DNA of 34,847 nt, taken from positions 1 through 34,847 of the forward strand of contig JAYVHQ010000020.1 in the NCBI GenBank assembly GCA_043771035.1. The letters run 5' to 3'. This stretch comes from Candidatus Kaiserbacteria bacterium. Its GTDB lineage: Bacteria; Patescibacteriota; Minisyncoccia; Phycocordibacterales; UBA918. A program made the translations under genes and the position numbers. Under the pieces are notes generated by a model that did no database searches, had not been told where the DNA came from, and saw only the letters and a program-made list of their open reading frames with translations. This document shows, in pieces, positions 1 through 8,449 of the stretch. Position 1 is the first letter of the stretch; each line of letters starts with the position of its first letter.

Positions 1-89
1 AGGTGGTCAGCTGTTTTATACTCTTGGTCCCAAAAAGTAGTACCATGAGTTTTCTTTTTCTGTTTACGGATGAAGGGTCTTTTTGCCAC
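1..89 (-). CDS. 5' part of a gene running off the left edge (possibly a class I SAM-dependent methyltransferase)
   Basis: GTG at 89 opens an uninterrupted frame MAKRPFIRKQKKKTHGTTFWDQEYKTADH to the edge, divergent from the DsbA-like gene. The product is guessed only from the FWDxEY start. Confidence 0.4.
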   Translation of the reverse strand, partial: MAKRPFIRKQKKKTHGTTFWDQEYKTADH

Positions 90-169
90 TGGTTTTCTAT
101 TGAAACTATATTAGAGCATAAAATAATCAATTTCGCAAGGTGTATAGGGTTAAATCGAGCCGTATTCTT

Positions 170-178
170 TGGTATAAT
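170..178 (+). promoter_or_regulatory. extended -10 promoter (TGGTATAAT), probable leaderless or very short leader transcript
   Basis: TGn-TATAAT ends 8 nt before ATG 187; no Shine-Dalgarno between. Confidence 0.6.
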
Positions 179-186
179 ACCCGCAT

Positions 187-912
187 ATGAAAAATCCATG
201 GGTAATAATTGGGGTGTTGATGGTGGTTTTGATTGGTGGTTCAGTCTGGTATTCAAGCTCAGTAGCTGAGAAATATGATGAAGGCGTCGTGGTGAAAGCT
301 CATATCAAAGGTGGCGTCGACGCTGCTGTTACCCTCACTGAATACAGCGATTTTCAGTGTCCAGCTTGTGGTGCTGCCCAACCGATTGTTAATGAAATTT
401 TAGCAGAGTACGGTGATCAAATAAAATTTGAATACAAACACTATCCACTCGTGCAAATCCACCCCTTTGCTGAACCAGCCGCTAGGGCAGCTGAGGCTGC
501 TGGACAACAAGATAAGTTTTTTGAGTTTGCTGATATGTTGTTTGCGAAACAGTCAGAATGGACAAAATCTACCAACCCGAGCGGCTTGTTTACTAAGTAC
601 GCGACAGAACTCGGCCTCGACGCCGACTTGTTTTCTCAGCACCAAAAATCAAAATTGCTTTCAGGTAATGTAAAAGCCAACATGCAAGAAGCTCGTGGTT
701 TAGGACTAACAGGCACCCCGTCTTTTTATCTCAACGGCAAAAAAATGGAAATGACTTCGTTTGATGACTTCAAATCCCAAATAGCCGCTGCTATAAATCC
801 GTCAGTTGATTTTAGTCTGCCGGGTGAGACACTTAAGATTATTCCAGTTGCAGGGGGAGCTAGTACAACTGTGGAGGCATCTACAACTCCAGTTGTACAG
901 TTTGGGATTTAG
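187..912 (+). CDS. DsbA-family thioredoxin-fold protein (membrane anchored)
   Basis: N-terminal TM; EYSDFQCPAC CxxC motif; KHYPL, AAEAA and GTPSFYLNG (cis-Pro loop). Confidence 0.9.
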   Translation: MKNPWVIIGVLMVVLIGGSVWYSSSVAEKYDEGVVVKAHIKGGVDAAVTLTEYSDFQCPACGAAQPIVNEILAEYGDQIKFEYKHYPLVQIHPFAEPAARAAEAAGQQDKFFEFADMLFAKQSEWTKSTNPSGLFTKYATELGLDADLFSQHQKSKLLSGNVKANMQEARGLGLTGTPSFYLNGKKMEMTSFDDFKSQIAAAINPSVDFSLPGETLKIIPVAGGASTTVEASTTPVVQFGI

Positions 913-918
913 ATTTAT

Positions 919-2241
919 ATGTCGATTGAGAAACTGTCTAATCAGGAACAAGTACTTGATACAGAGTGGTATGATCGTTTTCAAGAATTATCGGTAGAAG
1001 CATTTTCGATGCTTGATGGAGATGCGAGTGTCCGCTCGGCTGAAAAAGAAAAATTCTTACACAGTGAAACAGGAAACCCAAGCCTAGGGTATCCTAAACT
1101 AGAAAACGTCGACTTCCTTTCTCAAGAAAATGAGCTCCTGCAACTCAAGGCAGAAGTGTTACAGAACGAAAGTAATGAAACAGTGAAAGAAATTTATCGT
1201 ACAAAAATTAATGAAACTATAGCTGAGTTGCGTATGTTGCAAGCGGCTCGCGACGGTAAGGATGCACATTTCACTAGATATTCTTCCTTCGTCTATGGTT
1301 ACCCCACCAGGGAGAACACTACACTCATGTCTGAGATTATTCAGGAAAAAGTAGCTCGGGGGAAAACGGATGAAAAAAAGGCAGCGGCTACAAATATTCG
1401 CCCGATTTTAGAAACGTTAGTTCCTCATATTCCTGAACGTAAAGATCCGTTAGTATTGGCTGAAAAACTAGATCAGCGGGTTGAGTCAGTGGAAGAAGTG
1501 GTGCTGGCTTTTGAAGCAGCTCTGCAAGAAGTCGGAGCAATTGATGGTTGGAGTGTTGTAGCCAATGTGGGTTCGGGAATCACAAATTTCCGGGTATCAC
1601 AAAAAGAAAAATCGGTATACGTCCCCGCAGACAAGGTTGTTGGTATGCAGAGACAAAATATTCAGGCTTTCATTCAACATGAAGTATTTGGACATGTTAA
1701 GCGTCGCGTAAATGGCGAGAACTCCATTCTGAAATTACTAGCTACTGGACTGGATAGAGTTGAAAAAGGCGAAGAGGGAGTAGCGACAGTAAATGAGCAG
1801 TTAGTTACCGGGGCTGACACTTTTTCTCACCCGGAACGCTATTTTGCGATAGCGTTAGCTCGGGGAGATGTTGATGGTATAAAGCGGGACTTCAGGCAAA
1901 CTTTTGATGTTCTTAAAGAGTATTACATTACGGTCCTGCAGGGAAAAAAGACTGGTCTAACTCTAAACGAGCGGGCCTCTGACTGGGCCTGGGGTCTGTG
2001 TGTTAGGGCTTTTCGCGGTACAACCGGTAACACTCCCGGTGCGGTTTTTACAAAAGACTTAAATTATTTTGTTGGAAACAAAGAGACCTGGGCATTAATT
2101 AATACTGATGAAAGTGTGACTGAGTATTTTACTGTCGGTAAATTTGATGCCTACAACGAACGTCATGTTGGCTGGATGTTTGCTTTAGGTATCACTGATG
2201 AAAAATTAGCCAATGTATTACAAGAGACAAAATCTATTTAA
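919..2241 (+). CDS. DUF1704 / MATCAP-like HExxxH metallo-carboxypeptidase
   Basis: HEVFGH, downstream EEGVA, CVRAFRG, FTKDLNYFVG and GKF motifs. Confidence 0.8.
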   Translation: MSIEKLSNQEQVLDTEWYDRFQELSVEAFSMLDGDASVRSAEKEKFLHSETGNPSLGYPKLENVDFLSQENELLQLKAEVLQNESNETVKEIYRTKINETIAELRMLQAARDGKDAHFTRYSSFVYGYPTRENTTLMSEIIQEKVARGKTDEKKAAATNIRPILETLVPHIPERKDPLVLAEKLDQRVESVEEVVLAFEAALQEVGAIDGWSVVANVGSGITNFRVSQKEKSVYVPADKVVGMQRQNIQAFIQHEVFGHVKRRVNGENSILKLLATGLDRVEKGEEGVATVNEQLVTGADTFSHPERYFAIALARGDVDGIKRDFRQTFDVLKEYYITVLQGKKTGLTLNERASDWAWGLCVRAFRGTTGNTPGAVFTKDLNYFVGNKETWALINTDESVTEYFTVGKFDAYNERHVGWMFALGITDEKLANVLQETKSI

Positions 2242-3214
2242 AATATGCCTCGAGTATTTTTGTGGCTACGAGAAATGGCGTTTGCCTATCATTATAGTAT
2301 TGCGTGATATAACACAGATTGGGTTTACTATTGAGTTCTATGATCATAATATCAGAAGGGTTTTCAAAACTCCCTTTAATAAAGACATCAATCCCAACAC
2401 TGTCGATACCTAATTCAGAGCAGAGCTGCGTAACCCAGAGGTTAATTTTGACCGGAAAATTTTTAGTGATATAAAATGCTGGATCACTTTTTTTAGTGAT
2501 GTGAGTTTGGAACTGTTTTCCTTTTTTTAAAATAGAGTTGAGAGTGAGTTTTTGCGTGCGACACTCTTCTGCGATTACAAAATCGTCTTTGTACTTAGCT
2601 ATTTTAATGAGCTCAGCAAGTGTTTTTATACCGTCACCAGTTACCGTAGGGAACTTTTTGCGGTGTATAAACATTATTTTCCTATCCACCACAGTAATAC
2701 GATACTCATCTTTGTTTACAAATGGTTGCGCTAAAAAGCTCTCGTCTTTGTTGTAATAATAATTAATCTGACTGAGGGTATCTTTTTTTGTGTAACAGAG
2801 AACAACACCGCTGCCGTCACTGCCACTAGTAGGCTTGATGAGGATAGGGAGCGGTTGTTGTAATATTTGTGTCTTAAGAGCCGTCTGGGTAATGCTTTGT
2901 TTACTGGTAAAAGATATTGTTTTAATGCTTGAAAATTTTGTCTGTTCCAGTACCGCGGTCGTAATTAGTTTGTTATCCATTAAAGCCAGTTGCCACCGTG
3001 ATACCTGAGGGAAATATGTCTTAGCCGAAATATAACAACGTTTGTTTTTATGCTCGACATAAAAACCGAAAAGACTTAAATTTCTTTTTCCATTCACTTC
3101 AACATCAGTCAACTTATAGCCGAGACCTTTGGCAGCGGCATAGAGAAGTGACGCATTGGACCGATATGGTCGAGCTGTAGGAGTGGCCGGTAATGTAGGG
3201 ACAGTTTTTTTCAC
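2234..3214 (-). CDS. ATP-grasp ligase (cyanophycin synthetase/GshF-like, single domain)
   Basis: DNKLIT, LPILIKPTSGSDGSGV, EYRITVV, VTGDGIKTLAELI, GIDVF, IIELNSKP. Confidence 0.85.
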   Translation of the reverse strand: MKKTVPTLPATPTARPYRSNASLLYAAAKGLGYKLTDVEVNGKRNLSLFGFYVEHKNKRCYISAKTYFPQVSRWQLALMDNKLITTAVLEQTKFSSIKTISFTSKQSITQTALKTQILQQPLPILIKPTSGSDGSGVVLCYTKKDTLSQINYYYNKDESFLAQPFVNKDEYRITVVDRKIMFIHRKKFPTVTGDGIKTLAELIKIAKYKDDFVIAEECRTQKLTLNSILKKGKQFQTHITKKSDPAFYITKNFPVKINLWVTQLCSELGIDSVGIDVFIKGSFENPSDIMIIELNSKPNLCYITQYYNDRQTPFLVATKILEAYFK

Positions 3215-3261
3215 GTGATTATAAATATGATTGAAGGGTAGTTTACTATTTACTGCAAAGT

Positions 3262-4242
3262 TTAAAGCTTAAAAAAACTCTCCATAATAGCCTTCCATAT
3301 TTTATAGGATTTATCTTTATGACCTTTTGCGTATATGCCTGATAAAGCTGGGTTCGAGTTAATTTCGATGATGAGATAATTTTTAGGATCGTTCCATTCA
3401 CCTTTGGTAAAAATATCCACCCCAAACACGCCCAGTCCGGTTGTTTTGTAAAGTCGGTTAGCCCAGATGTGGACATTTTTTGGAACAGTCTCACGGTATT
3501 CGGTAATTTTAGCCCCGAGACTAATATTAGCAGTTTCTTGCATAAACAACTGGTGTTCTGAAGCTAGTACAGAAGATATTGTCTTACGCTCTTTTTTGAG
3601 CAAGCTTTGGAGGTATTCTTGGTCGGGCTTAAAATTTTGTTCAGCAAGCAGTTCTTCAATAGTATGAATGCCAGTACCCGTGATGGTAACGCGTTGTTTG
3701 CGGTACATAAACTGGACTTTTCCCATGACTACAAAAATTCTGTATTCTGGCCTCACGGTGAATTTTTCAATTAAAAATGATACGACGTTATCTTTTTTTA
3801 GATTGGCGATGTGTCTTTTGAGGCCCGCTCTATTAAAAATAATTCTAGCATTAGCTCCCCGTGAACCGGTATTAGGTTTTACAAAAACAGGGTAGTTAAT
3901 TTCACCAGCATATTTATACGAAGCAGCTACCGTATCTTTGGCTTTGATTTCTATACCAGTAAAACCTGGATTGGTGATATGAAATATTTTTCCCCTAATT
4001 ACTCTAAAGCCAAATTTCTTTAAAAACCTTTTAGTAACGGACTTGTCATCAGCGAGATGCTCTGCGAACTTTGGGTTAACAGGGTACATGCCATATTTTG
4101 TTTTTGAGCGAGAAATGAAATATTTTTCACCGTCAGTTACGTAGATTGCTTCCGAGTAGCCTTTATCAACTAAGCCAAAAGAATAGCCGTACTTTTTGGC
4201 GGCGCGTTTTAGTATTTGCAGGTTTGGGATTTTAGTACTCAT
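3262..4242 (-). CDS. ATP-grasp ligase (cyanophycin synthetase/GshF-like, single domain), paralog
   Basis: DDKSVTK, YPVFVKPNTGSRG, EYRIFVV, TGTGIHTIEELL, TANISLGA, GVDIF, IIEINSNP. Confidence 0.85.
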   Translation of the reverse strand: MSTKIPNLQILKRAAKKYGYSFGLVDKGYSEAIYVTDGEKYFISRSKTKYGMYPVNPKFAEHLADDKSVTKRFLKKFGFRVIRGKIFHITNPGFTGIEIKAKDTVAASYKYAGEINYPVFVKPNTGSRGANARIIFNRAGLKRHIANLKKDNVVSFLIEKFTVRPEYRIFVVMGKVQFMYRKQRVTITGTGIHTIEELLAEQNFKPDQEYLQSLLKKERKTISSVLASEHQLFMQETANISLGAKITEYRETVPKNVHIWANRLYKTTGLGVFGVDIFTKGEWNDPKNYLIIEINSNPALSGIYAKGHKDKSYKIWKAIMESFFKL

Positions 4243-4289
4243 AATTTACAGAATTTGTTGTTGCGATTTGAATAATTTACTGTATAAAT

Positions 4290-5582
4290 ATGTGCGTCAT
4301 GTCAGTAAGAGATAACTATATTAAAGACGTATCAACTGATGCTCGGTGGTTCTTGGCGTTAAAAGCTATCCATCGACCCCTACTCCTGCATTCTTTGGCC
4401 CCAGATGCGTATGCTTCTAGTTTAGAAAAGGCTAAAGTATTTTCCGAAGTGGGTTATAACCCTGTTTTTACATACCCACATCTTAATTTAGATACGGTAG
4501 TAGCCGCGCAGGCTTCTTTGATACAATTGCGCCTGCAAGTATGTCAGGAAGAATCAAATAAGTCAATAGCAACCGTGTATAGTGAGAAACTGGACGAGCT
4601 TATTTTAGAGCAAGAGTTGCTCGTCGCAGCTGCGCAAAGTGACGGGTTAGCATTTGCTGAAGCAAATAGTAGATTGTACAAATTGCTTGACGCAACCTAT
4701 GTGCAGGAATTACTAGCGCTCATTCAAAACAAGACAGATTTTTTCAATGGCAAAATGAATGTTTCGGATTTACTTAAAACAAAAGAAGTATTACCCAAAG
4801 CACTCCCCGTATCTGATAATTTGTTTAAAATTGCTCAAAAAATTGTTTATGGTCCAGATATTGTCGTTGGTACAACCGAAGTTTTTACGAGTGAGTTAAT
4901 TGTGGCGAGATGGAATGAAAGTCTAAAGGAGACAATGCCTGACTGGAAAGTAGCGATTGATACTCAAGTTACTTCTATGTTGGTTGTGCACAAAACTAGA
5001 ACAGTTAAAATCCCTCCACATTTAAAAATGAATGCTAAACGTATGCGCAAATTATTTGTTCATGAAATCGGTACTCATGTCTATCGTCGTGAGCAGGGTA
5101 AAAAAAATAAACTCCAACTGGCCAGCATTGGTCTGGCAGGGAATCAAGTATTTGAGGAAGGTCTCGCTATTGTGCGCGCGCAATTAGTGAGCCGTACATT
5201 TCACCAGTTTGGTGGTCTGGATAAATACCTCACTCTTGCTATTGCTATGGGGAATCTTGACGGTGTGCCAAAAGATTTTAATCAAACGTTTAGTCTAGTT
5301 CGAGACTATTTTTTAGATAGGCTAAATCGTAAAAGAAGTAGTGTAAACAACCTATCGATTGCAGAGTCAAGAGCTTGGAACTGTACGTTTAGAATTTTTC
5401 GCGGTGGCAACCCGTCAATTCCGGGATGTTGTTTACTCAAAGATAAAATTTATCATGAAGGTAATCGAATCGTATGGCAGATGATAGCTACGCATCCTGA
5501 ATATTTTAAGACGGTAATGCAGGGTAAGTACAATCCCCAAAGTTCCTTACAGCGAAAACTGGTTCAAGAAAATGCTCAGTAG
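4290..5582 (+). CDS. DUF1704 / MATCAP-like HExxxH metallo-carboxypeptidase, paralog
   Basis: HEIGTH, FEEGLA, RIFRG, KDKIYHEG, GKY; the start may be ATG 4299. Confidence 0.85.
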   Translation: MCVMSVRDNYIKDVSTDARWFLALKAIHRPLLLHSLAPDAYASSLEKAKVFSEVGYNPVFTYPHLNLDTVVAAQASLIQLRLQVCQEESNKSIATVYSEKLDELILEQELLVAAAQSDGLAFAEANSRLYKLLDATYVQELLALIQNKTDFFNGKMNVSDLLKTKEVLPKALPVSDNLFKIAQKIVYGPDIVVGTTEVFTSELIVARWNESLKETMPDWKVAIDTQVTSMLVVHKTRTVKIPPHLKMNAKRMRKLFVHEIGTHVYRREQGKKNKLQLASIGLAGNQVFEEGLAIVRAQLVSRTFHQFGGLDKYLTLAIAMGNLDGVPKDFNQTFSLVRDYFLDRLNRKRSSVNNLSIAESRAWNCTFRIFRGGNPSIPGCCLLKDKIYHEGNRIVWQMIATHPEYFKTVMQGKYNPQSSLQRKLVQENAQ

Positions 5583-5631
5583 TACTTTTCTACAAAAGGG
5601 GATACACCTCTAGGTAAAAGCTGTTTTATTT

Positions 5632-5640
5632 TGGTATGAT
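5632..5640 (+). promoter_or_regulatory. extended -10 (TGGTATGAT), probable leaderless transcript
   Basis: 6 nt before ATG 5647. Confidence 0.55.
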
Positions 5641-5646
5641 GACTGT

Positions 5647-6429
5647 ATGATTCGAACACGGAATTTTTTGTTGTTTATTCTCATCATGGCTTTCCTGGTT
5701 GGGGGTATTTTGCTGACCTTGTGGTTTTCAGCTGATACTACCGGTCGGGGGAGTTATTCGGATATGATTTTTGGAGGAGCACAGACAGCTACTATGACAG
5801 CTGAGGTTGTAACGCCTGAGGATAAGCGGGAAAGCAGGCTGGCTGCTTTACGGAAAAAACTAGCAGGTTTTACTGATGTGGCATTAGCGCCGAGCTCAAA
5901 TGAAGTTGAGCCAACCGTAGACGTGACAGATATAGCTACAACGACTCAGCCTGCTGTAACTTTGGGTACAAAGGTGCAACTATGCTCAAACTATAGAGCA
6001 GCCTCGGTCCCCGCGCTCACGGGTGATTTGGTGTACGCAGAGAGTAGCGGACAACGTACGTTCTTTGTGACTGAAACAGTCCTCCCCGAAGCAACTTCTA
6101 CCCTGCCGATAGTGGCACAAACAGTTGTTTTTACCTTGCCTCTGCGGACAGCTGGTTTAGGGGTGACTGATTGTATTGGAACAGATATTATCGCTGTCAC
6201 TCCAGTAGGTGCCCCAATTAGAAATTCTGAAGTGGCAAAATATAGCGGTAGTGGTGAAAATACTTTGATTGGCTACACGATAGACGGTCTGCAGCTCTTT
6301 GGTACGACTTCGAGCATTGATACCGATGCTTGTGGGGGAGCGATGGTTGGTGGCGTTTATCGTTATTATCTCTCACCCGAGCGGAATACGATTGTGAATT
6401 GTTTTGTGGCGATACCTGTCGCGCTCTAA
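5647..6429 (+). CDS. membrane-anchored protein with a C-terminal YHYH-like domain
   Basis: N-terminal TM; LIGYTIDGLQLFG...DACGG...GVYRYY resembles the YHYH family C-terminus. Confidence 0.55.
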   Translation: MIRTRNFLLFILIMAFLVGGILLTLWFSADTTGRGSYSDMIFGGAQTATMTAEVVTPEDKRESRLAALRKKLAGFTDVALAPSSNEVEPTVDVTDIATTTQPAVTLGTKVQLCSNYRAASVPALTGDLVYAESSGQRTFFVTETVLPEATSTLPIVAQTVVFTLPLRTAGLGVTDCIGTDIIAVTPVGAPIRNSEVAKYSGSGENTLIGYTIDGLQLFGTTSSIDTDACGGAMVGGVYRYYLSPERNTIVNCFVAIPVAL

Positions 6430-6445
6430 CGATAGCTAATGTATC

Positions 6446-7177
6446 ATGCGCACCCTCATTATTGATATCGAAACGGTGGGTGAGGCTTGGAACGATTTAG
6501 ATGATACAACACAGGGAGTACTGGCACGTTGGATTGAACGCTCAGCCCGCAATCCAGAGGGAAAAGAGTTACAGCTAAAAGATCTGCGCGGGAGTTTAGG
6601 CTTCTCCCCACTAACAGGGAGTATTGTGTCTATTGGACTTTATGACCTAGAACGAGCGCAAGGAGCTGTCTACTATATTGGAGTCGATACTGAAGGAGAC
6701 GAAGAAGTAGGGGATTTTGTTTTAAAACAACGGAGTGAAGCGGCGATGCTTCGTGAATTTTGGGAAGGAGCCCTCGAGTACAACACATTCGTGACATTTA
6801 ATGGCCGGGCGTTTGACGTGCCGTTTATTATGCACCGGAGCGTGGCTCATGGTATCAAACCAACGCGCGAACTCATGAAGTATCGCTATCTAAGTCATCA
6901 GTCAGCCCCTTATCATATAGATTTACAAGACGAGTTAACTTGGTACGGCGCCATGAGTAGGAGACCATCACTCCATTTGTTTTGCCGAGCGTATGGGATT
7001 ATAAGTCCAAAAAGCGATGGAGTAGATGGTAATGATGTAGCAGAATTATTTTCCTCAGGAAAATTTCGCGATATCGCGCTCTATAATTCCCGCGACGTCG
7101 TCGCGACCAAAAAGTTGTATGAGTTGTGGCTTAAAAATTTAGCTCCAGCAAGTTTTTTAAATACGCTTGATTTTTAA
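6446..7177 (+). CDS. DnaQ/PolB-like 3'-5' exonuclease (DEDDy)
   Basis: ExoI DIET, ExoII TFNGRAFD, ExoIII YNSRDV. Confidence 0.85.
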   Translation: MRTLIIDIETVGEAWNDLDDTTQGVLARWIERSARNPEGKELQLKDLRGSLGFSPLTGSIVSIGLYDLERAQGAVYYIGVDTEGDEEVGDFVLKQRSEAAMLREFWEGALEYNTFVTFNGRAFDVPFIMHRSVAHGIKPTRELMKYRYLSHQSAPYHIDLQDELTWYGAMSRRPSLHLFCRAYGIISPKSDGVDGNDVAELFSSGKFRDIALYNSRDVVATKKLYELWLKNLAPASFLNTLDF

Positions 7178-7223
7178 GTAAAAATGTAGTCTAATAACTA
7201 TAGAAACATTGTAGGAGATTTCA

Positions 7224-7628
7224 ATGGGAGTTTGGTGGGAAGATGTCGATGTACCTGTTCCAAAACAGGTGGTGCGATTTGCTGGTGATCCGTCAGCGAT
7301 TTCAAAACGATGGCCTGTGTTGTGGCGCTTTGGTCAAGATTGGCATTGCTTGCAAGTCTCTGGTGACTACGAATCCGGCTACCGTCTTTATTTTGCGACC
7401 GGTCGGCATCAGATGTCGCATAAGAGTCTTATCTCGGCCAGATTTGTTATGGTTCGCGAAGGTCCAGAACCAGTTGTGTTTTGGGCAGAAGATGAGCATG
7501 GTGAGCAAATCAATTTGATTAAAACTAGGCGGATGTTGCCGGCTCACCGTTTCAGACCAGAAAGGTCTTGGCATCAAGCCCCAAGTATGGACTATTTGCG
7601 AGCTATTGGGGAAGTTGTAAAGGTCTAA
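7224..7628 (+). CDS. hypothetical protein
   Basis: 134-aa ORF with AGGAG upstream, followed by a terminator; no recognised motif. Confidence 0.6.
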   Translation: MGVWWEDVDVPVPKQVVRFAGDPSAISKRWPVLWRFGQDWHCLQVSGDYESGYRLYFATGRHQMSHKSLISARFVMVREGPEPVVFWAEDEHGEQINLIKTRRMLPAHRFRPERSWHQAPSMDYLRAIGEVVKV

Positions 7629-7638
7629 GTTATCAAGT

Positions 7639-7665
7639 AAAGGCGCGCCCACAAGCGCGCCTTTT
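7639..7665 (+). terminator. intrinsic terminator
   Basis: AAAGGCGCGC-ccacaa-GCGCGCCTTT(T). Confidence 0.75.
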
Positions 7666-7673
7666 GTTATACT
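7665..7673 (+). promoter_or_regulatory. extended -10 (TGTTATACT), probable leaderless transcript
   Basis: 7 nt before ATG 7681. Confidence 0.55.
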
Positions 7674-7680
7674 TGGTACT

Positions 7681-8313
7681 ATGAAATCAATTCTAGCGCT
7701 CTTGGCGGATTTTGCGAATGGGATTTTTGCGGTGTTGATTGCGTGTGCGGTGTATGATGTCGAACCATTGTGGTGGTATTTTTTGATTGGACTACCACTC
7801 GCTCAGTTGCCTGATATCGATGCGATTCCAGAGATACTAAAACGGGGGAAGGTCAGTGTTGATGCTACCTACACCCGTGATTATCGGACGTTTCTGCACT
7901 ACCCGATTATTTCCTTGGTTATTTTTACACCGGTGTATTTTTTTGGTGGGTTCTGGGGACTTATAATTGTCACTGCTGTTGCGCTCCATTTGCTTAACGA
8001 CATGTATGGTACAGGCTGGGGTTTACAGCTACTGTGGCCACTTTCGACGCGTCATTATAAATTTTTTGGCAGAAGGGCTAACCGTTTACATACTATGCTT
8101 GCCAAAGCAGGCGACCTGACCCTTCTTCCACCTGATGAAATCAGATTGCGCTTTATGGTGTCTTGGGCAGATGAGGAATTAGCTGACTATATCAAACGCT
8201 TTGGCGTCGATAATTGGATTATTCATTGGTATTTGCGACCAAACTGGGTGGCTGTGGTAGAGTATTCATTATTCCTCGTCGCTTTTACCCTAATGGTAGT
8301 TAGCTTAGTTTAA
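7681..8313 (+). CDS. YdjM-like inner-membrane metal-dependent hydrolase
   Basis: LPDID, RTFLH, HLLND, GLQLLWP motifs and several TM segments. Confidence 0.7.
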   Translation: MKSILALLADFANGIFAVLIACAVYDVEPLWWYFLIGLPLAQLPDIDAIPEILKRGKVSVDATYTRDYRTFLHYPIISLVIFTPVYFFGGFWGLIIVTAVALHLLNDMYGTGWGLQLLWPLSTRHYKFFGRRANRLHTMLAKAGDLTLLPPDEIRLRFMVSWADEELADYIKRFGVDNWIIHWYLRPNWVAVVEYSLFLVAFTLMVVSLV

Positions 8314-8317
8314 AACT

Positions 8318-8446
8318 ATGAAAAAATTTCCCGAAGGGTTTTACTGGGGTGAGAAATGGGATGGGACCCAGTTCGCAAGAGGTTGCCAGCTATTTTGGAA
8401 AAATAGCGACAACCTGTACAGCTTCTGTAAGAAGGGCTACTTTTAA
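8318..8446 (+). pseudogene. duplicated GH1 5' fragment interrupted by a GTGAG element (42-codon chimeric ORF)
   Basis: Encodes MKKFPEGFYWG versus MKKTFPEGFYWG at 8450, with the upstream AAACT also duplicated; the frame continues through the element to TAA 8444-8446. Confidence 0.7.
8349..8434 (+). mobile_element. GTGAG three-hairpin element, copy 1 (subtype A)
   Basis: GTGAG-P1-TTCGCAAGA-GGTTG..GCTATTTT/AAAATAGC..CAACCT-GTACAG-CTTCTGTAAGAAG; matches six other copies. Confidence 0.8.
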
Positions 8447-8449
8447 ACT

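Noticed and set aside
2234-4242. Calling the ligases cphA, gshF or rimK
   Set aside because: They lack the second catalytic domain of CphA/GshF and carry an insert absent from RimK; the substrate cannot be assigned.
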